A DNA stretch of 64,000 nucleotides, from positions 608,001 through 672,000 of the forward strand of contig CAWKHF010000012.1 of the NCBI GenBank assembly GCA_963849325.1. Reading direction: 5' to 3'. How positions within the stretch are numbered: position 1 is the stretch's first letter; every line of letters starts with the position of its first letter. Shown one piece after another: positions 10,299-23,338 of the stretch. A program made the position numbers and the translations under genes. This DNA comes from an uncultured Planctomycetota bacterium. GTDB lineage: Bacteria > Planctomycetota > Planctomycetia > Gemmatales > Gemmataceae. Under the pieces are notes generated by a model. It saw only the letters and a program-made list of their open reading frames with translations. It searched no databases and had not been told where the DNA came from.

Positions 10299-13200
10299 CT
10301 ACGGTTCGCCGCGCATCTCGCTCGGTTGAGTGCGCGGGGGCGCCATCAAGCCGGGCAGGGGCAGACCGAATGGGCCAGGAGGGATCAGCCAGAGGTTGCG
10401 CCGGCCGGGCACGCGGTCGGCGTCGATGAGGATCTTGTCGCGGTTACTCAGGGCGGCCGACAGGGAGTCCCAGTACAGGCGGAAATCGGTCAACGCCGCT
10501 TGCCGGACCAGCGCCTCGTCGCGGCGGCGCAGGTACTCCTCGCCCACCTCGGCGGCCGGCCGGCCCTTGCCCATCTCCCGCCAGGCGTCGCGGAACAGAC
10601 GCCATTCCTCGGCCAGGTCCAGACGTACTCGCGTTCGGTATCGTGCCTGGAACGCCGACAGGTTCGGCCTGGGCGAGGAGGACTTTATTCCGGGAGTCGG
10701 ACTGCGCCTCGCGGACCTGTTTCAGTCCGTCGGCCTGCTGCCGCCGTTCATCGCGCAGCACTTTTTCCTCGCCCTGGTTGACCAACTGGTCGCGTTTCTC
10801 CATCGCGCGGGTGACGTCGTGGTAAGCCGCCACCACGTCCTGCGGCGGATGCAGGTCGTGCAGGTCCAGACCCTTCAGGGCGATGCCCATGCCCTTGCCG
10901 CCATACTCCCCGCAACGCTCCCGCAAACGTTCCAGGGCCATGTCCTGAAACCGGCCGCGATCGCTGGTCAGCAACTCGGCGAATTTCCGGCCGGCGACCG
11001 TCTCGCGCAGCACGGACTCGGCGGCACTGCGCAAGAGAGCGTCGGGTTCGGCGATCTCGAACAGGTAGACGTGCGGGTCGGCGATGGTGTAGCGAAGGGT
11101 GCCTTGCAGCTCGATCAGGTTGCCGTCGCCGGTAATCATGACGGCTTCCTCGGGGATGCGGCGAACGCCGTCGTTGGCGTGCAGGCTCGACCAGGCCCGG
11201 CCGCCGGCCACGGCCTTACTGCCGGGCAGAGTACGGAAGCCGATCTCGACCGTGTGAACGCGGGCCGGTTGCAGGCGCGTGACGGTATCAATCGGCCACG
11301 GCCAGCACCAGTACAGACCGGGACCGAGATCGTCCGGCAGAGGCCGGCCGAAGCGGCGCACCACGGCCGACCTCGTCGGGACCGATCGCGTTCAGCCCAC
11401 TCAAGCCCCAGACGGCCGCGGCCAGCAGCACGAGGACGGCGAGGATCGGTTTCCATTGATGCGACAGCCGTGCAACGCCTCGTCGAGGTCGAGGCGGTGT
11501 TCGAGCCAGTCGTTGAACCGGCGCAGGCCGCCGTACAGGCGCTGGAACAGCGGGCTGGTCGAGGTGCGCTCAAACCACAGCAGCCGCATGGCGTTGAGCA
11601 GGACGGCCAGCGAGCCGAGCTGGTGATAGACGACGGCGGCGACGGGCGATTGCTCGTACCACTGCGGCGGGGCCAGCAGCGGCCACAGCCAGGCCGTCGT
11701 CACGATGCCGACAGCGTTGACGCCGAAGGCGAAGATGAGGATGTTCTGGCGGATGATGCGCACCGTCTCGCGCGACAGCCGGAGTAGCAGCGGCAGCGGA
11801 CGTAGCGGATCGCCCATGAAGACGACATCGCCGGCCTCGGCGGCGATGTCGGCGCCCGTACCGCCGATGGCCAGGCCGACGTCGGCGCGGGCCAGGGCCG
11901 GGGCGTCGTTGATGCCGTCGCCGACCATGGCAACGCGCCGGCCGGTCTGCTGCCAGGCGGCGACGAACTCCGCCTTCTGCTGCGGCAACAGCTCGGCGTG
12001 GACCTCGCTCACTCCCAACGCGGCGGCGACGACTCTGGGCCACCGCCGCGCGATCGCCGGTCAGCATGGCGATGTGCGTGATGCCCAGCGCCCGTAGGTC
12101 GGCCAGCACCTCCGCCGCCTCGACGCGAGGACGATCGCGGACGCCGATCATGCCAAGCAGTTTGCCGTCGCGGACGACAAGCAGCGCCGTTTGACCGTTG
12201 GCGTCGAGGGCGTCGAGCATCGGCTGGGCTTGCGGCGGCAGGCCGACGCCCTGTTCTTCCAGCAGCCGACGATTGCCGACGATGATCCGGCCGGCGGATG
12301 CGCGGGCCGAGACGCCGGTGCCAGGATGGGCCCGGAAGTCCTCGACCGGCTCGGGAGCGATCCCTCGTCGGCTCGCCTCCTGCGACGATGAGCCGGGCGA
12401 TGAGGTGCTCGCTGGGCTGCTCCGCACTGGCGGCGATCCGCAACAATTCTTCACGCCGTGGACGCCCTCGTCGAGCCGGAGGAGTCGCCCAGCTCCAGAC
12501 GGCCCTCGGTGAGGGTGCCGGTTTTGTCGAAAGCGAAGGCGTCGACCGGGCCAGACGTTCCAGGGCCGAGCCGCCCTTGATGAGGATGCCGGTTCCGGCC
12601 AGGCGCCCAGCGCCGCGATGATCGCCGCCGGCGTCGCCAGGATCAGCGCGCACGGACAGGCCACGACCAGCACGGACAGGGCCGGCAGCGTCACCAGCTG
12701 CCGAAAACTCAGGTTCGTCTCGGGCGGACGCATCCAGCCGGTGCCGTAGCCGACGAGGCAGACCAGGAAGGTCAGCGCGGCCAGGGCCAGGACGGCCGGC
12801 AGGAAGTAGCGGGCCAGGCGGTCGGCGGTGCGTTCCAGCGGCGCCTTGTCCTTCAGGGCGCGGGCGGTCATCTCGATGACCCGACCGACGACCGTGTGCT
12901 CGGCGACGCGGCGGGCCTCGAAGGTCAGGGCGCCGAACTGGTTGAGCGAGCCGGCCAGCACTTCGTCGCCCGGCCCTTTGTCCACCGGCAGACTCTCGCC
13001 GGTCAAGGCGCTAACGTCCACGGCCGAGCGCCCTTCGAGGACGACGCCGTCGGCCGGCACGCGGCCGCCCGGCTTGACGACGACACGATCGCCGACCTGC
13101 AAGTCTGCCGCGAGCACGCGCTCCTCACGGCCGTCGCGCAGCCGCCAGCAGCGGCGCGGACAGACCTCGACGATGCGACGAATGGCCCGCTGCGTCCGCT

Positions 13201-13582
13201 CGAAGGTGACGCTCTCCAGGCATTCGCCGAGCATGCCGATGAAGACGATCTCGGCGGCGACGAGCGGCTCCTGCACGAGGATGGCGGCGACGGAGGCGAT
13301 GGCCACCGCCAGGTCGGCGCCAATTCGTCCCTCAAACAGCGAATTGAGCGAACCGTACAGGGTGCGCGCTCCGCCGAGGATCGCGGCCAGCAGGGCGATG
13401 CGGTAGCCGAAAGGCTCGTTGGACCAGGTAGGCAGGGACGGCCCTCCGGCGGCGATCCAGCGGGCCGCGATCGGCCAGACGTCGGCGCCGATCAACACGC
13501 CGAGCAGGCCCGTCAGCAGGTAGAGGCCGAGCCGGCCCTCCTGTCCGAAGGCGTCGTCGGCGTGGGAGATCTCGCGGTGCAT
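10299..13582 (-). CDS. Heavy-metal P1B-type ATPase apparently fused to a C-terminal HflK-like SPFH domain; several frameshifts
   Basis: LTGES, ACPCALILATP, FDKTGTLT (shifted frame), MLTGD, GDGINDAPAL, then TM helix and VVRRFGR..MITGDGNLIEL..HPPQDVVAAYHDV SPFH motifs. Confidence 0.75.
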
Positions 13583-13775
13583 CGGCGCGGCTCCGGGGTG
13601 CGCGGGCATCAGGTGGGTGTTCAGATTTGTTCAGGCTACGGTGGCCGGAGAACGTCGTCAAGCGTGTCTACGGCCCTCGCGGGGCAGCGCCGGAAAAAAA
13701 GTGAACGAAAATCCTTCGAGGGCGCCACTATTATGGGAAGAGATATCACTGCCTGACCGCGAAGGAGAAACCGCC

Positions 13776-16010
13776 GTGCGCCTGACCCTGCGAACCTTGC
13801 TGGCTTACCTGGACGACACGCTGGAGCCGATGGAAATCAAGAAGATCGGCCAGAAGGTCAGCGAGAGCGAAGCCGCCCAGGAACTGATCGCGCGCATCAA
13901 GCAAGTCACCCGCCGCCGTCGCATCACCACGCCGCCGGCCACCGGACCCAACGCCTTCGACCCGAACACGGTCGCGGACTACCTCGACAACGAGCTGTCC
14001 TCCGAGGAGATCGCCGAGCTGGAAAAGATCTGCCTGGAATCGGACGTACACCTCGCCGAGATCGCCACCTGTCATCAGATCCTGACGCTGGTACTGGGCG
14101 AGCCGGCCCTGGTGCCGCCGACCGCCAAGGAACGCATGTACGGCCTGGTGCAGGGCCGCGAAGCCATCCCCTTCCGTAAGGCGGCCACGCCCGGAGTCCA
14201 TGCGCCGTCGCCCAGCGCCGCGGACATTGACGCCGACGAGATGTTTCTGCTCGGCTTGCCGTTTTACCGTCGCGGCAGCTGGCTGCGCTGGGCCTTGCCC
14301 GTGGCCGGCGTCGTCCTGCTCGCGGTGGTGGCCGTCGCCCTGTGGCAATCCATCTCCAGCCTCAACCAGGCCACGCAGCCGGCGCCGGTTAAGCAGGTCG
14401 CCGACGCGAGCAATCCCGACAAGCCGGACAACACCAAACCCGATAACACCAAGCCGGACAACACCAAACCCGATAACACCAAGCCGGACAACACCAAACC
14501 CGATAACACCAAGCCGGACAACACCAAACCCGACAATACGGACAGCAAAAAACCTGAGAATACGGACAGCAAGAAACCCGACAACACGGACAACACCAAG
14601 CCCGACAACACGGAATCGAAGAGGCCGGCGAGCAACCCCGTCACCCGTAAAGCCAAGCCGAGCACCGAGCGAGCGGAGGTAGGCGGTTACTACTTCGACG
14701 CCAAAAGCCCGCCGAGCATCTTGGTACAGCGCAAGAACGAGGAGGACGGCTGGCACCGGCTTAAACCAGGCACGCGGGTATCCAGCAAGGACCAGTTGAT
14801 GAGCCTGCCCGGCTATGCCAGCGAGCTGCGCCTGGACAACGGCGCCCATCTGCTGCTGCGCGGCCACGTCCGCGAGTTCTCGCTTCCCCTGTATCCCCAC
14901 ATGGATTATCTGCAGGAAAGCGCGGTCGTGCTGCACAAGAACAAGGACGTCGATGTCGATGTGACGCTTCAGCGCGGCCGGCTCTACCTCTCCAACCACA
15001 AGGACAAAGGCCCGCTCGTGGCCCGGCTGCGCTTTGAGACGGAGGTTTGGGATCTGACCCTGGAGGAGCCTGGCTCGGAAGTCGGGATGGAGTTGCTCAA
15101 GTATTACGACCGCAACAGCGATTACTCGCGCGGCGAGGAACCGGTGGCCATCCTGTACCTGCTCGTGCTTCAGGGACGAGCGAGCCTGGCCGTGGAATAC
15201 AACCAGTATCCCAACCTGTCGCGGACGGGCGCGGGCTTTTTCCAGTGGGACAACAAGGGACCCGGCGCTCAGGGGCCGCAGCGCGTGGACGACCAGGTAC
15301 GCGGCGCCTTCGCCAAGGTGCCGCCGTCCAATCGCGGCGCCGAGGGCATGGATTTGGCCCTGAACCAGATCAGCCGCCGCATGCTCCCCGACAAGTTCCC
15401 GTCCGTCGCCCTCGATGAAGCGCTGCTGAGCAGCAACCAGCCAATGGAACACATGCTGGCCATCTACTGCCTCGGCGCGCTGGACGAGGTCAAGAAACTG
15501 ATTGGCGTTCTCGGCGACAACGATCCGGTCCACGCTCCGAACCGCGACACGGCCATCTTCACCCTGCGGCGCTGGCTCGCGCGCGATGCGTCGCAGGGTC
15601 TGAAACTCTACGATCCCAAGAACAAGACCGGCCTGTTGCAGGTAGATCGGGAGTACAAAGAAAGTGAGGCGGATACCGTCTTCCTGTTGCTGCACGACTT
15701 CAATGAGGAGGACCGGGCCAAGCCGGAGACGTACGATTTGCTGGCGACCTGCCTCCTGAGCGAGAAAGTGGCCATCGCGGAGTTGGCCCGCTGGCACCTG
15801 TATCGGCTGTCCAGCACGTTGGGTGTCAAGCTCTCCGCCCTGGACAAGTTCAACGCCGCCTTGCCACGCCCGGAACGCGAAGCGGCGGCTCGGGAAGTAC
15901 GAGACAAGATTAACGAAGGCAAGTTGCCGCCGCGTACCACCGGCAGGCCCACCGGACCCGCCCCGGTCACACCCCCACGCAACGGCTCGGGGACGAAACC
16001 CAAGAGTTAG
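13776..16010 (+). CDS. Planctomycete-type membrane-anchored hypothetical protein (anti-sigma-like N-terminus, TM, DNTKP repeat linker, large extracytoplasmic domain)
   Basis: GTG start with GAAGGAG RBS; MRLTLRTLLAYLDDTLEP..ADYLDNELS..EKICLESDVHLAEIATCHQIL; one TM helix. Confidence 0.8.
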   Translation: MRLTLRTLLAYLDDTLEPMEIKKIGQKVSESEAAQELIARIKQVTRRRRITTPPATGPNAFDPNTVADYLDNELSSEEIAELEKICLESDVHLAEIATCHQILTLVLGEPALVPPTAKERMYGLVQGREAIPFRKAATPGVHAPSPSAADIDADEMFLLGLPFYRRGSWLRWALPVAGVVLLAVVAVALWQSISSLNQATQPAPVKQVADASNPDKPDNTKPDNTKPDNTKPDNTKPDNTKPDNTKPDNTKPDNTDSKKPENTDSKKPDNTDNTKPDNTESKRPASNPVTRKAKPSTERAEVGGYYFDAKSPPSILVQRKNEEDGWHRLKPGTRVSSKDQLMSLPGYASELRLDNGAHLLLRGHVREFSLPLYPHMDYLQESAVVLHKNKDVDVDVTLQRGRLYLSNHKDKGPLVARLRFETEVWDLTLEEPGSEVGMELLKYYDRNSDYSRGEEPVAILYLLVLQGRASLAVEYNQYPNLSRTGAGFFQWDNKGPGAQGPQRVDDQVRGAFAKVPPSNRGAEGMDLALNQISRRMLPDKFPSVALDEALLSSNQPMEHMLAIYCLGALDEVKKLIGVLGDNDPVHAPNRDTAIFTLRRWLARDASQGLKLYDPKNKTGLLQVDREYKESEADTVFLLLHDFNEEDRAKPETYDLLATCLLSEKVAIAELARWHLYRLSSTLGVKLSALDKFNAALPRPEREAAAREVRDKINEGKLPPRTTGRPTGPAPVTPPRNGSGTKPKS
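14421..14612 (+). repeat. Coding tandem repeat, 15-nt unit (KPDNT) with 30-nt higher-order period
   Basis: (AAGCCGGACAACACCAAACCCGATAACACC) repeated about 4 times, then degenerate units. Confidence 0.95.
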
Positions 16011-16025
16011 CGGGAAGTTCCTCGA

Positions 16026-16090
16026 CGTTTCGCCGCGACGCGCAGCGGAGCGCGGCAGCCCCGCGCTCCGCTGCGCGTCGCGGCGAAACG
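16026..16090. repeat. REP-like hairpin (CGCCGCGACGCGCAGCGGAGCGCG family) between convergent genes
   Basis: Perfect 29-bp arms; near-identical copy at 63580-63640. Confidence 0.88.
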
Positions 16091-16112
16091 AAAGGAATGG
16101 TTGGAAGCGCCC

Positions 16113-16931
16113 TTAACGCTTCAACGCCTCGCGCGTGAAGGTGTCGGCCGGGAAGTTCGGGTTGAGCTTGATGTCGCGGAAGAAATACTCGCCGATCAGC
16201 TGGCCCTCGCTTCCCTTGATGATGGAGCCGACCTGCAGCCACGTCTGTTTCTCAACGTAGATCGTCAACTCGGCGATGCCGTCTTCCTCCGCCTTTTGGT
16301 AGCCGGTTCGCCGGAGCACCCAGCACGGCCGATCGCCGGCTTCCTTGATTCGTTTGACGCCGAGATATTCGATGTGCAGGGTCTTCGCCTTGCGGGCCGC
16401 CTCCCAGGAGGCCAAGGTACGCTGCATGCCGATCTTGATGCCGAACTCCGTGAGCGGATAACGTCCTCCCTTCTTGGCATCGCTGCCGTTGGGGTCGCGC
16501 TGGACGATGCCGGCCACGGACAGGACGCCGGCCGGCCGCACCAGAATCTGGTCCTTGTTCTGGCCCTTCACGTACAGCGTGGCCGCCGCCCGACGCGCTC
16601 CCTCTTTCCACTTCATCCGCACGCTGAAAGGGTCTTCGCGGAAGGCCACGTCGATCACTTCACTTCGCTCCAGCCGGCCATCGATGCGTTCCTGTTTGCG
16701 CAGCGTACACGTGTACCCCTTGACCTCGCGGTCGTAGCGGCGAATGCAGGTTTCCAGAAAGGCGAGCGGATCGGTCTTGGCCAGCCGCTCCACGGCGGCC
16801 TCGCTCGGCAGCGGGTCGCCGTTGTCCGTTACGTCTCGGAACGTCGTCACCGTCGGGGCTTCCTTGCTCGACAGTCCCGAGATGAATACCAGGCACAGCG
16901 GCAAACACGGCAGCAAACGGCGCATGGTCAT
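16113..16931 (-). CDS. DUF1571 domain secreted protein
   Basis: Signal peptide; YTCTLRKQERIDG, REDPFSVRMKW, RYPLTEFGI, GEYFFRDIKLN. Confidence 0.8.
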   Translation of the reverse strand: MTMRRLLPCLPLCLVFISGLSSKEAPTVTTFRDVTDNGDPLPSEAAVERLAKTDPLAFLETCIRRYDREVKGYTCTLRKQERIDGRLERSEVIDVAFREDPFSVRMKWKEGARRAAATLYVKGQNKDQILVRPAGVLSVAGIVQRDPNGSDAKKGGRYPLTEFGIKIGMQRTLASWEAARKAKTLHIEYLGVKRIKEAGDRPCWVLRRTGYQKAEEDGIAELTIYVEKQTWLQVGSIIKGSEGQLIGEYFFRDIKLNPNFPADTFTREALKR

Positions 16932-17325
16932 CCTCCCTCGGGCCGAAAATGGCGAACGGCCGGCGTCAGCCGGCTGATAGCTGACCCTATTTCTATTTTA
17001 AGCATTGGGGCAACTCTGCCAATCAAAAGTTAGGCAAGAAGAGAGGAATAGGGAAAAAGGAAGGTCTGCACGGGAGGATCGGAACGGTAAAAGGATGCGA
17101 TCTTTGTGCGAGAACCGATCTGTAGGGAAGGAGGGGATGGCTGCCACGGAATTTCCGGGCGTACTCGGTTCAATTGTGCCTCCCGCAACGACCGAAAGCG
17201 CAGAATAGAGCACACGCCGCCGCTCGCCGTCTCGCCGGAATGCCGGGAGGCCTCGATCCGACGTCGAGAGGATGTAGCGGGTGGCGCAGGATAAACGTCT
17301 GTCCTGCCGGAGGGATTCCGCCGTG

Positions 17326-18120
17326 ATGCGAGGGACCCCCCTTCGTTGGCCCCTGGCCGTTTTGCTCTGGCTCTTGAGTTGTGCCGTACCGTGTCCGCAA
17401 GCCCGGGCCATTGGGCCATTCCGCGCCCCCCGCGGAATCGTCTATGCCATTGATGGGGCCGGCGGATTCGGGGTCTGTTCGCAGACGATCCGGGAGAGTG
17501 CTGCCGCCGACAACCTGCCGCTGGAGGTGCGCACCTTCGACTGGTCCCACGGTTACTGCCGAGTCCTTGCGGACCAGATCCACGCGGCGCACATGCGCCA
17601 ACAAGGCCGAAAACTGGCGGCACTGGTGCTTCGCTGCCGGCAGGAGTGGCCCGGCCGTCCGGTCTATCTGCTCGGTCACAGTGCCGGCTGCGGCGTGGTT
17701 CTCAACGCCGCCGAGAACCTTCCTCCCCACAGTGTCGAACGCATCATCCTGCTGGCACCGGCCGTGTCGGTCAACTATGACCTACGGCCGGCCCTGGCCA
17801 GCGCTTGCCGGGGCGTGGACGTGTTTTACAGCGAACACGACTGGGCCTGTTTGGGTATCGGCGTTCTGCTGGCCGGTACGACGGATCGCCATCGGACGCT
17901 GGCGGCGGCCGGCAAGATCGGCTTTCGGCCGGTGCTCACCCGTCCGGGCGACGCGGCCCTCTATGCCAAGCTGCGCCAGTATCCCTGGGATCCGAGTTTG
18001 TCGTGGACGGGACACAAGGGCGGCCACTACGGCGCTCACCAGCCCGGCTTCCTGCACACGTTTGTCCTGCCGCTGCTCGATCCCGCGGCGGCGGTTGCGC
18101 GGGATGGAGTTTGGAAATGA
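17326..18120 (+). CDS. Secreted alpha/beta hydrolase
   Basis: Signal peptide; IDGAGG, VYLLGHSAG nucleophile elbow, GHKGGH. Confidence 0.8.
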   Translation: MRGTPLRWPLAVLLWLLSCAVPCPQARAIGPFRAPRGIVYAIDGAGGFGVCSQTIRESAAADNLPLEVRTFDWSHGYCRVLADQIHAAHMRQQGRKLAALVLRCRQEWPGRPVYLLGHSAGCGVVLNAAENLPPHSVERIILLAPAVSVNYDLRPALASACRGVDVFYSEHDWACLGIGVLLAGTTDRHRTLAAAGKIGFRPVLTRPGDAALYAKLRQYPWDPSLSWTGHKGGHYGAHQPGFLHTFVLPLLDPAAAVARDGVWK

Positions 18121-18141
18121 GAAGGCCGGTGCGGCGCCGGC

Positions 18142-19780
<1,639 letters not shown>

Positions 19781-20132
19781 GATCGTCCTCCGTGCGAATG
19801 ACCTGCGGTTCGTCTGCCGAGAGCGAAAACATGCGACTGGGGCCGCATCGTCGGACGCGAAGCAACGCTGGTCCGCGAACTTCGTCATCCCTCCGGGACG
19901 ACGATTGGTTATTGTAAATCTTTCCGCGCTGGGACGCCAGATGTCGGCTGGGGTTGAGCGACGCGCCCTCCTTACGGAACGGAATCGCGCAGGGCGACAG
20001 TGCTCTCCCCGCTCCCTAACGGTCGCGGCTCCGACGTGCCCGGTCGCTCTTCTCAGCGAAGGGCCGTCTTGCTACATTGACTATTTCGACATGGCCCGGC
20101 ACGGGTCGGGCCGTCAGCAAATGGAGGGACGT

Positions 20133-20702
20133 GTGGCCTCGATCAATTACAGCCAGGTGCGCAAGGGCATGGTCATTGTCGGCGAGGACGGCCAGCTCTA
20201 CGCCGTGGTGGACCGCGACCTGAACACGCCGGGGAACTGGCGCGCCATTCTCAACTTGAAGCTCAAGAACCTCAAGACCGGCGCCGTCACGCCAAAGCGC
20301 TTCCGTCCGGACGACAAGGTCGAATTGGCCTACCTGGACAAGCGGCCGATGCAATACCTCTACAAGGAGGGCGATGGCTTCGTCTTCATGGACAAGGAGA
20401 CGTACGACCAGATCACGCTCAGCGAAGAACTGGCCGGCGAAATGATTCTCTATCTCAAGGAGAATGAGGACGCCCTGGTCACGTTCTACGAAAGCAAGCC
20501 GCTCAGTCTGGAGCTGCCGGCCACGGTCGAGTTGAAGGTGGTCGAGACGGAGCCGTCGGTCAAGGGCGCCACGGCGGCGGCGCAGTTCAAGCCGGCGACG
20601 CTGGAAACCGGCCTGAAGGTGACGGTGCCGCCCTTCATCGCTATCGGCGAGTTGATCCAGGTCGATACCCGCACCGGCGAATACCTCAGCCGCGCCAAGT
20701 AA
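20133..20702 (+). CDS. efp: Elongation factor P
   Basis: MQYLYKEGD, FMDKETYDQ, ETEPSVKGATA, KPATLETG, VDTRTGEYLSRA; loop reads TPGNW. Confidence 0.95.
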   Translation: MASINYSQVRKGMVIVGEDGQLYAVVDRDLNTPGNWRAILNLKLKNLKTGAVTPKRFRPDDKVELAYLDKRPMQYLYKEGDGFVFMDKETYDQITLSEELAGEMILYLKENEDALVTFYESKPLSLELPATVELKVVETEPSVKGATAAAQFKPATLETGLKVTVPPFIAIGELIQVDTRTGEYLSRAK

Positions 20703-20710
20703 GAAAAGCC

Positions 20711-20849
20711 ATTCACCACGGAAACCACGGAACACACGGAAGAAAAAGACAACCAAGAAAGCCCGGCGCCGATCGGCGCGGCCTTGTCTTGAATAAATTC
20801 GTATCTATTTTGTCTTTTTTCCGTGTGTTCCGTGTTTTCCGTGGTGAGG
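20711..20849. repeat. Long inverted repeat, CACGGAAAA family, between convergent efp and sigma genes
   Basis: TTCACCACGGAAACCACGGAACACACGGAAG ... TTTTCCGTGTGTTCCGTGTTTTCCGTGGTGA. Confidence 0.85.
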
Positions 20850-20863
20850 AATTCTTCTCTTCC

Positions 20864-21825
20864 TCATTTCGGCTGTGCCGGGGCGCTGTGACAGGGGGAA
20901 GAGGTGGAAGTGCTGGCTGCCTCCGTCGTCGTTTCCGGCCCCATCGTCGCTATTCCCCATGCCAGGGCGGAGCTACCCAGCAACAGCAGTAAGACCAGGA
21001 TCGCCAGGTAGCGCAGCCGGCCCCAGCGCATCTCGTCGGCCGTCTCGGCCATCAGCTCGAAGACCGAATCGGAAACCGTGGCCCCCATCGCTTTGCCGAG
21101 GGCCGTCAGTACCGCCGTTTGCACCGTGGCGTTGACGAGTACCGGCGACACCGCCGACAGAGACGAGCCGTGCTGTTCGAGCAGGTGAATCAGCGACGTG
21201 GACGACGGCGTCCAGCCGCGCAGGGTCAGCCGGGCGCGCAACCGCTCGCGCGCCCGTCCGACACGCGATTGCACCGTCCCGCGTGGACAACCCAGGTGCT
21301 CGGCCGCCTCCTCGCACGTCTTCCCTTCCAGGTGGCAGAGAATGAAGGCCGTGCGATACTTCTCGGGAAGGTGCCGCAGCTCCACGTCGAGCATCCGCCG
21401 CAACTCGTTCCAGGCGGTCAGGTCGGCCGGGTCGCCGCACTTCTCATCGATGGGCAGTTCGTCCAGAGGTTTCTCCATGACCCCTCGGCGGGCCGCCCGC
21501 GCCTGCGCGCGCAGGGCGATGCGGTAAGCGACGGTGTACAGCCAGCCGCTGAGCGACGTCGCGTTTGCCGATGGAGCCGGCCTTGCGCCAGCATCAGGAA
21601 GGCGGCCTGGAAGGCATCCTCGGCGTCCTGGGTGTGGTGCAGCACGCGCCGGCAGACGCCGAAGACCATCGGTCCATGCCGCCACATCAACAGCTCGAAC
21701 GCCGCCTCATCGCGGTCCTGGAGAAAACGCTCCAGCAGATGCGCATCGGTGACGACTCCCGACAGCGACGGCCGCAGGCGTCGTTGCACGTGTTCGAGAA
21801 TGGCCGGCAAGGATCGGGTCATCAT
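20864..21825 (-). CDS. ECF sigma-70 factor with C-terminal TM extension; frameshift near 21580
   Basis: [75 protein letters not shown]. Confidence 0.9.
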
Positions 21826-22030
21826 GTCTGCTTCTCCGTGGGGGACCTTCTGACGGTATAGAGGCAGCGGGCGTCTGTCCGCATCCCATTTTTTCGGTCG
21901 CGACGGAGTTCCTTGCAATCGCCCACGGACGCCCCTAGAATGCAAAAGGTTTGATGGATGGCCGAACCTCTTCTCCACAGGTGCTCGTCTTCCGCCGTCA
22001 TTTCTCCGACCGCCGCAGGGAGCGAGACTC

Positions 22031-23338
22031 ATGAACGACCGATCCGGACTGTGGCTCCTGCTGATCGCTTCCTTCGCGTTCGGTCCACGGATGGCCGCGG
22101 CCCAGTATTTTCCCTCTCGGGAATCGCACCGCCCTCTGCCGAATGATCCGGACATGAAGGCTGGCCAGGAGATGATGGCCGATCGCCTCAAGGAGCTGCA
22201 CGAATTGCGCCAGCTGCAAGACCAGGTGCAAGGTCTGCTCCAGGATAAGGATTTCCTCAACAACATCAAACAACATCTCCCGGAAGAAGATTTGCGACGG
22301 TTGCAGGAGAAAGTTCTTCGCGGCGACGGTCTGTCCGGCGATGACAGGTGGAACAAGCTGCTTCAGCAGGCGGTATCTCAACACAAGCTGGACAATCGGC
22401 AGATCGACGTCCTCCGCCGCTGGGCCGAACGGGCCGACAAGACGCGGACAAACGTCTCCAATGAGGCGGCCCTCCTGAATGACCGTGCCCCGACCGTGAC
22501 CCCTTCCTCATCGTCATCTTCCGGTCCCTCCGGCTCAACGGTGCCTCCGTCGCCGACGGGACCATCGGGGTCGTCGTTCTGGGACCGGGTGCAAGAACAA
22601 ACATCGACGTGGATCGGCGCGGACATGGATGGCCTGGCCGGCGACGTGGCCGACGCCCTGATCGAACTGGGAGCCACCGAGGAGGGATCGCCGCTGGCGG
22701 AACTGCTGCGCAACGGGAAGTATGCCGGCTTCTCGGAGGACGAACTCGCCGAGGAAGCCGCCGGCCTGTCGCGCTACCTTCCGGACGCGGCCGAGTTTCT
22801 GAGCGAACAGCGCGGCGTCTGGGACGAGGTCGGTTCGATCTTTCGCGCGGCCCTTCCGTCGTCCGCCCCTGGTCTGGACCGCGCTCCTTCGATGCCTTCT
22901 CCGCCGGCGGAGAAGGGCGGAAACTGGGGCGGCGGCACCATCGCGCTGCTGGGGCTGGCGGTGCTGATGCTGATGCTGTGGACGATGGGCGGATGGTCGA
23001 GGTGGAGAACGGCCCGCGGCGAACCCGGCGAATGGCGGCTGGGGCCGTGGCCGGTGTCTCCCGCCGCCGTCTCGACGCGGCAGGACGTGGTACGCGCCTT
23101 CGAGTATCTCGCTCTGCTTCGCCTTGGGCTGAACGCCGGCACGCGCCATCATTGGGAACTGGCCGAGCGTCTCGGCGAAGGCGGTGGCAGCGATCCCGTT
23201 CGCCGTCGCGCCGCCGAGCAGCTGGCCGGCTTTTACGAGCAAGCTCGTTATGCCCCCGAGGGCGAGCCGTTGTCGCCACAGAAGTTGGCCGAGGCTCGAC
23301 AAGCTCTTTGTTTGCTCGCGGGAGTGACAGCCGCATGA
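22031..23338 (+). CDS. Membrane protein with C-terminal DUF4129-like domain
   Basis: Signal peptide, TM helix, C-terminal [12 protein letters not shown]; first gene of the MoxR cluster. Confidence 0.7.
   Translation: MNDRSGLWLLLIASFAFGPRMAAAQYFPSRESHRPLPNDPDMKAGQEMMADRLKELHELRQLQDQVQGLLQDKDFLNNIKQHLPEEDLRRLQEKVLRGDGLSGDDRWNKLLQQAVSQHKLDNRQIDVLRRWAERADKTRTNVSNEAALLNDRAPTVTPSSSSSSGPSGSTVPPSPTGPSGSSFWDRVQEQTSTWIGADMDGLAGDVADALIELGATEEGSPLAELLRNGKYAGFSEDELAEEAAGLSRYLPDAAEFLSEQRGVWDEVGSIFRAALPSSAPGLDRAPSMPSPPAEKGGNWGGGTIALLGLAVLMLMLWTMGGWSRWRTARGEPGEWRLGPWPVSPAAVSTRQDVVRAFEYLALLRLGLNAGTRHHWELAERLGEGGGSDPVRRRAAEQLAGFYEQARYAPEGEPLSPQKLAEARQALCLLAGVTAA

Noticed and set aside
14421-14612. CRISPR array
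   Set aside because: Head-to-tail repeats with no unique spacers, in frame inside a CDS, and no cas genes
13746-15797. Long antisense ORFs (also 43328-44920, 42176-43276 and others)
   Set aside because: Shadow frames of real high-GC genes on the opposite strand, with no motifs of their own
16935-17280. Riboswitch in the AT-rich divergent intergenic region
   Set aside because: No known aptamer consensus or terminator recognised by eye
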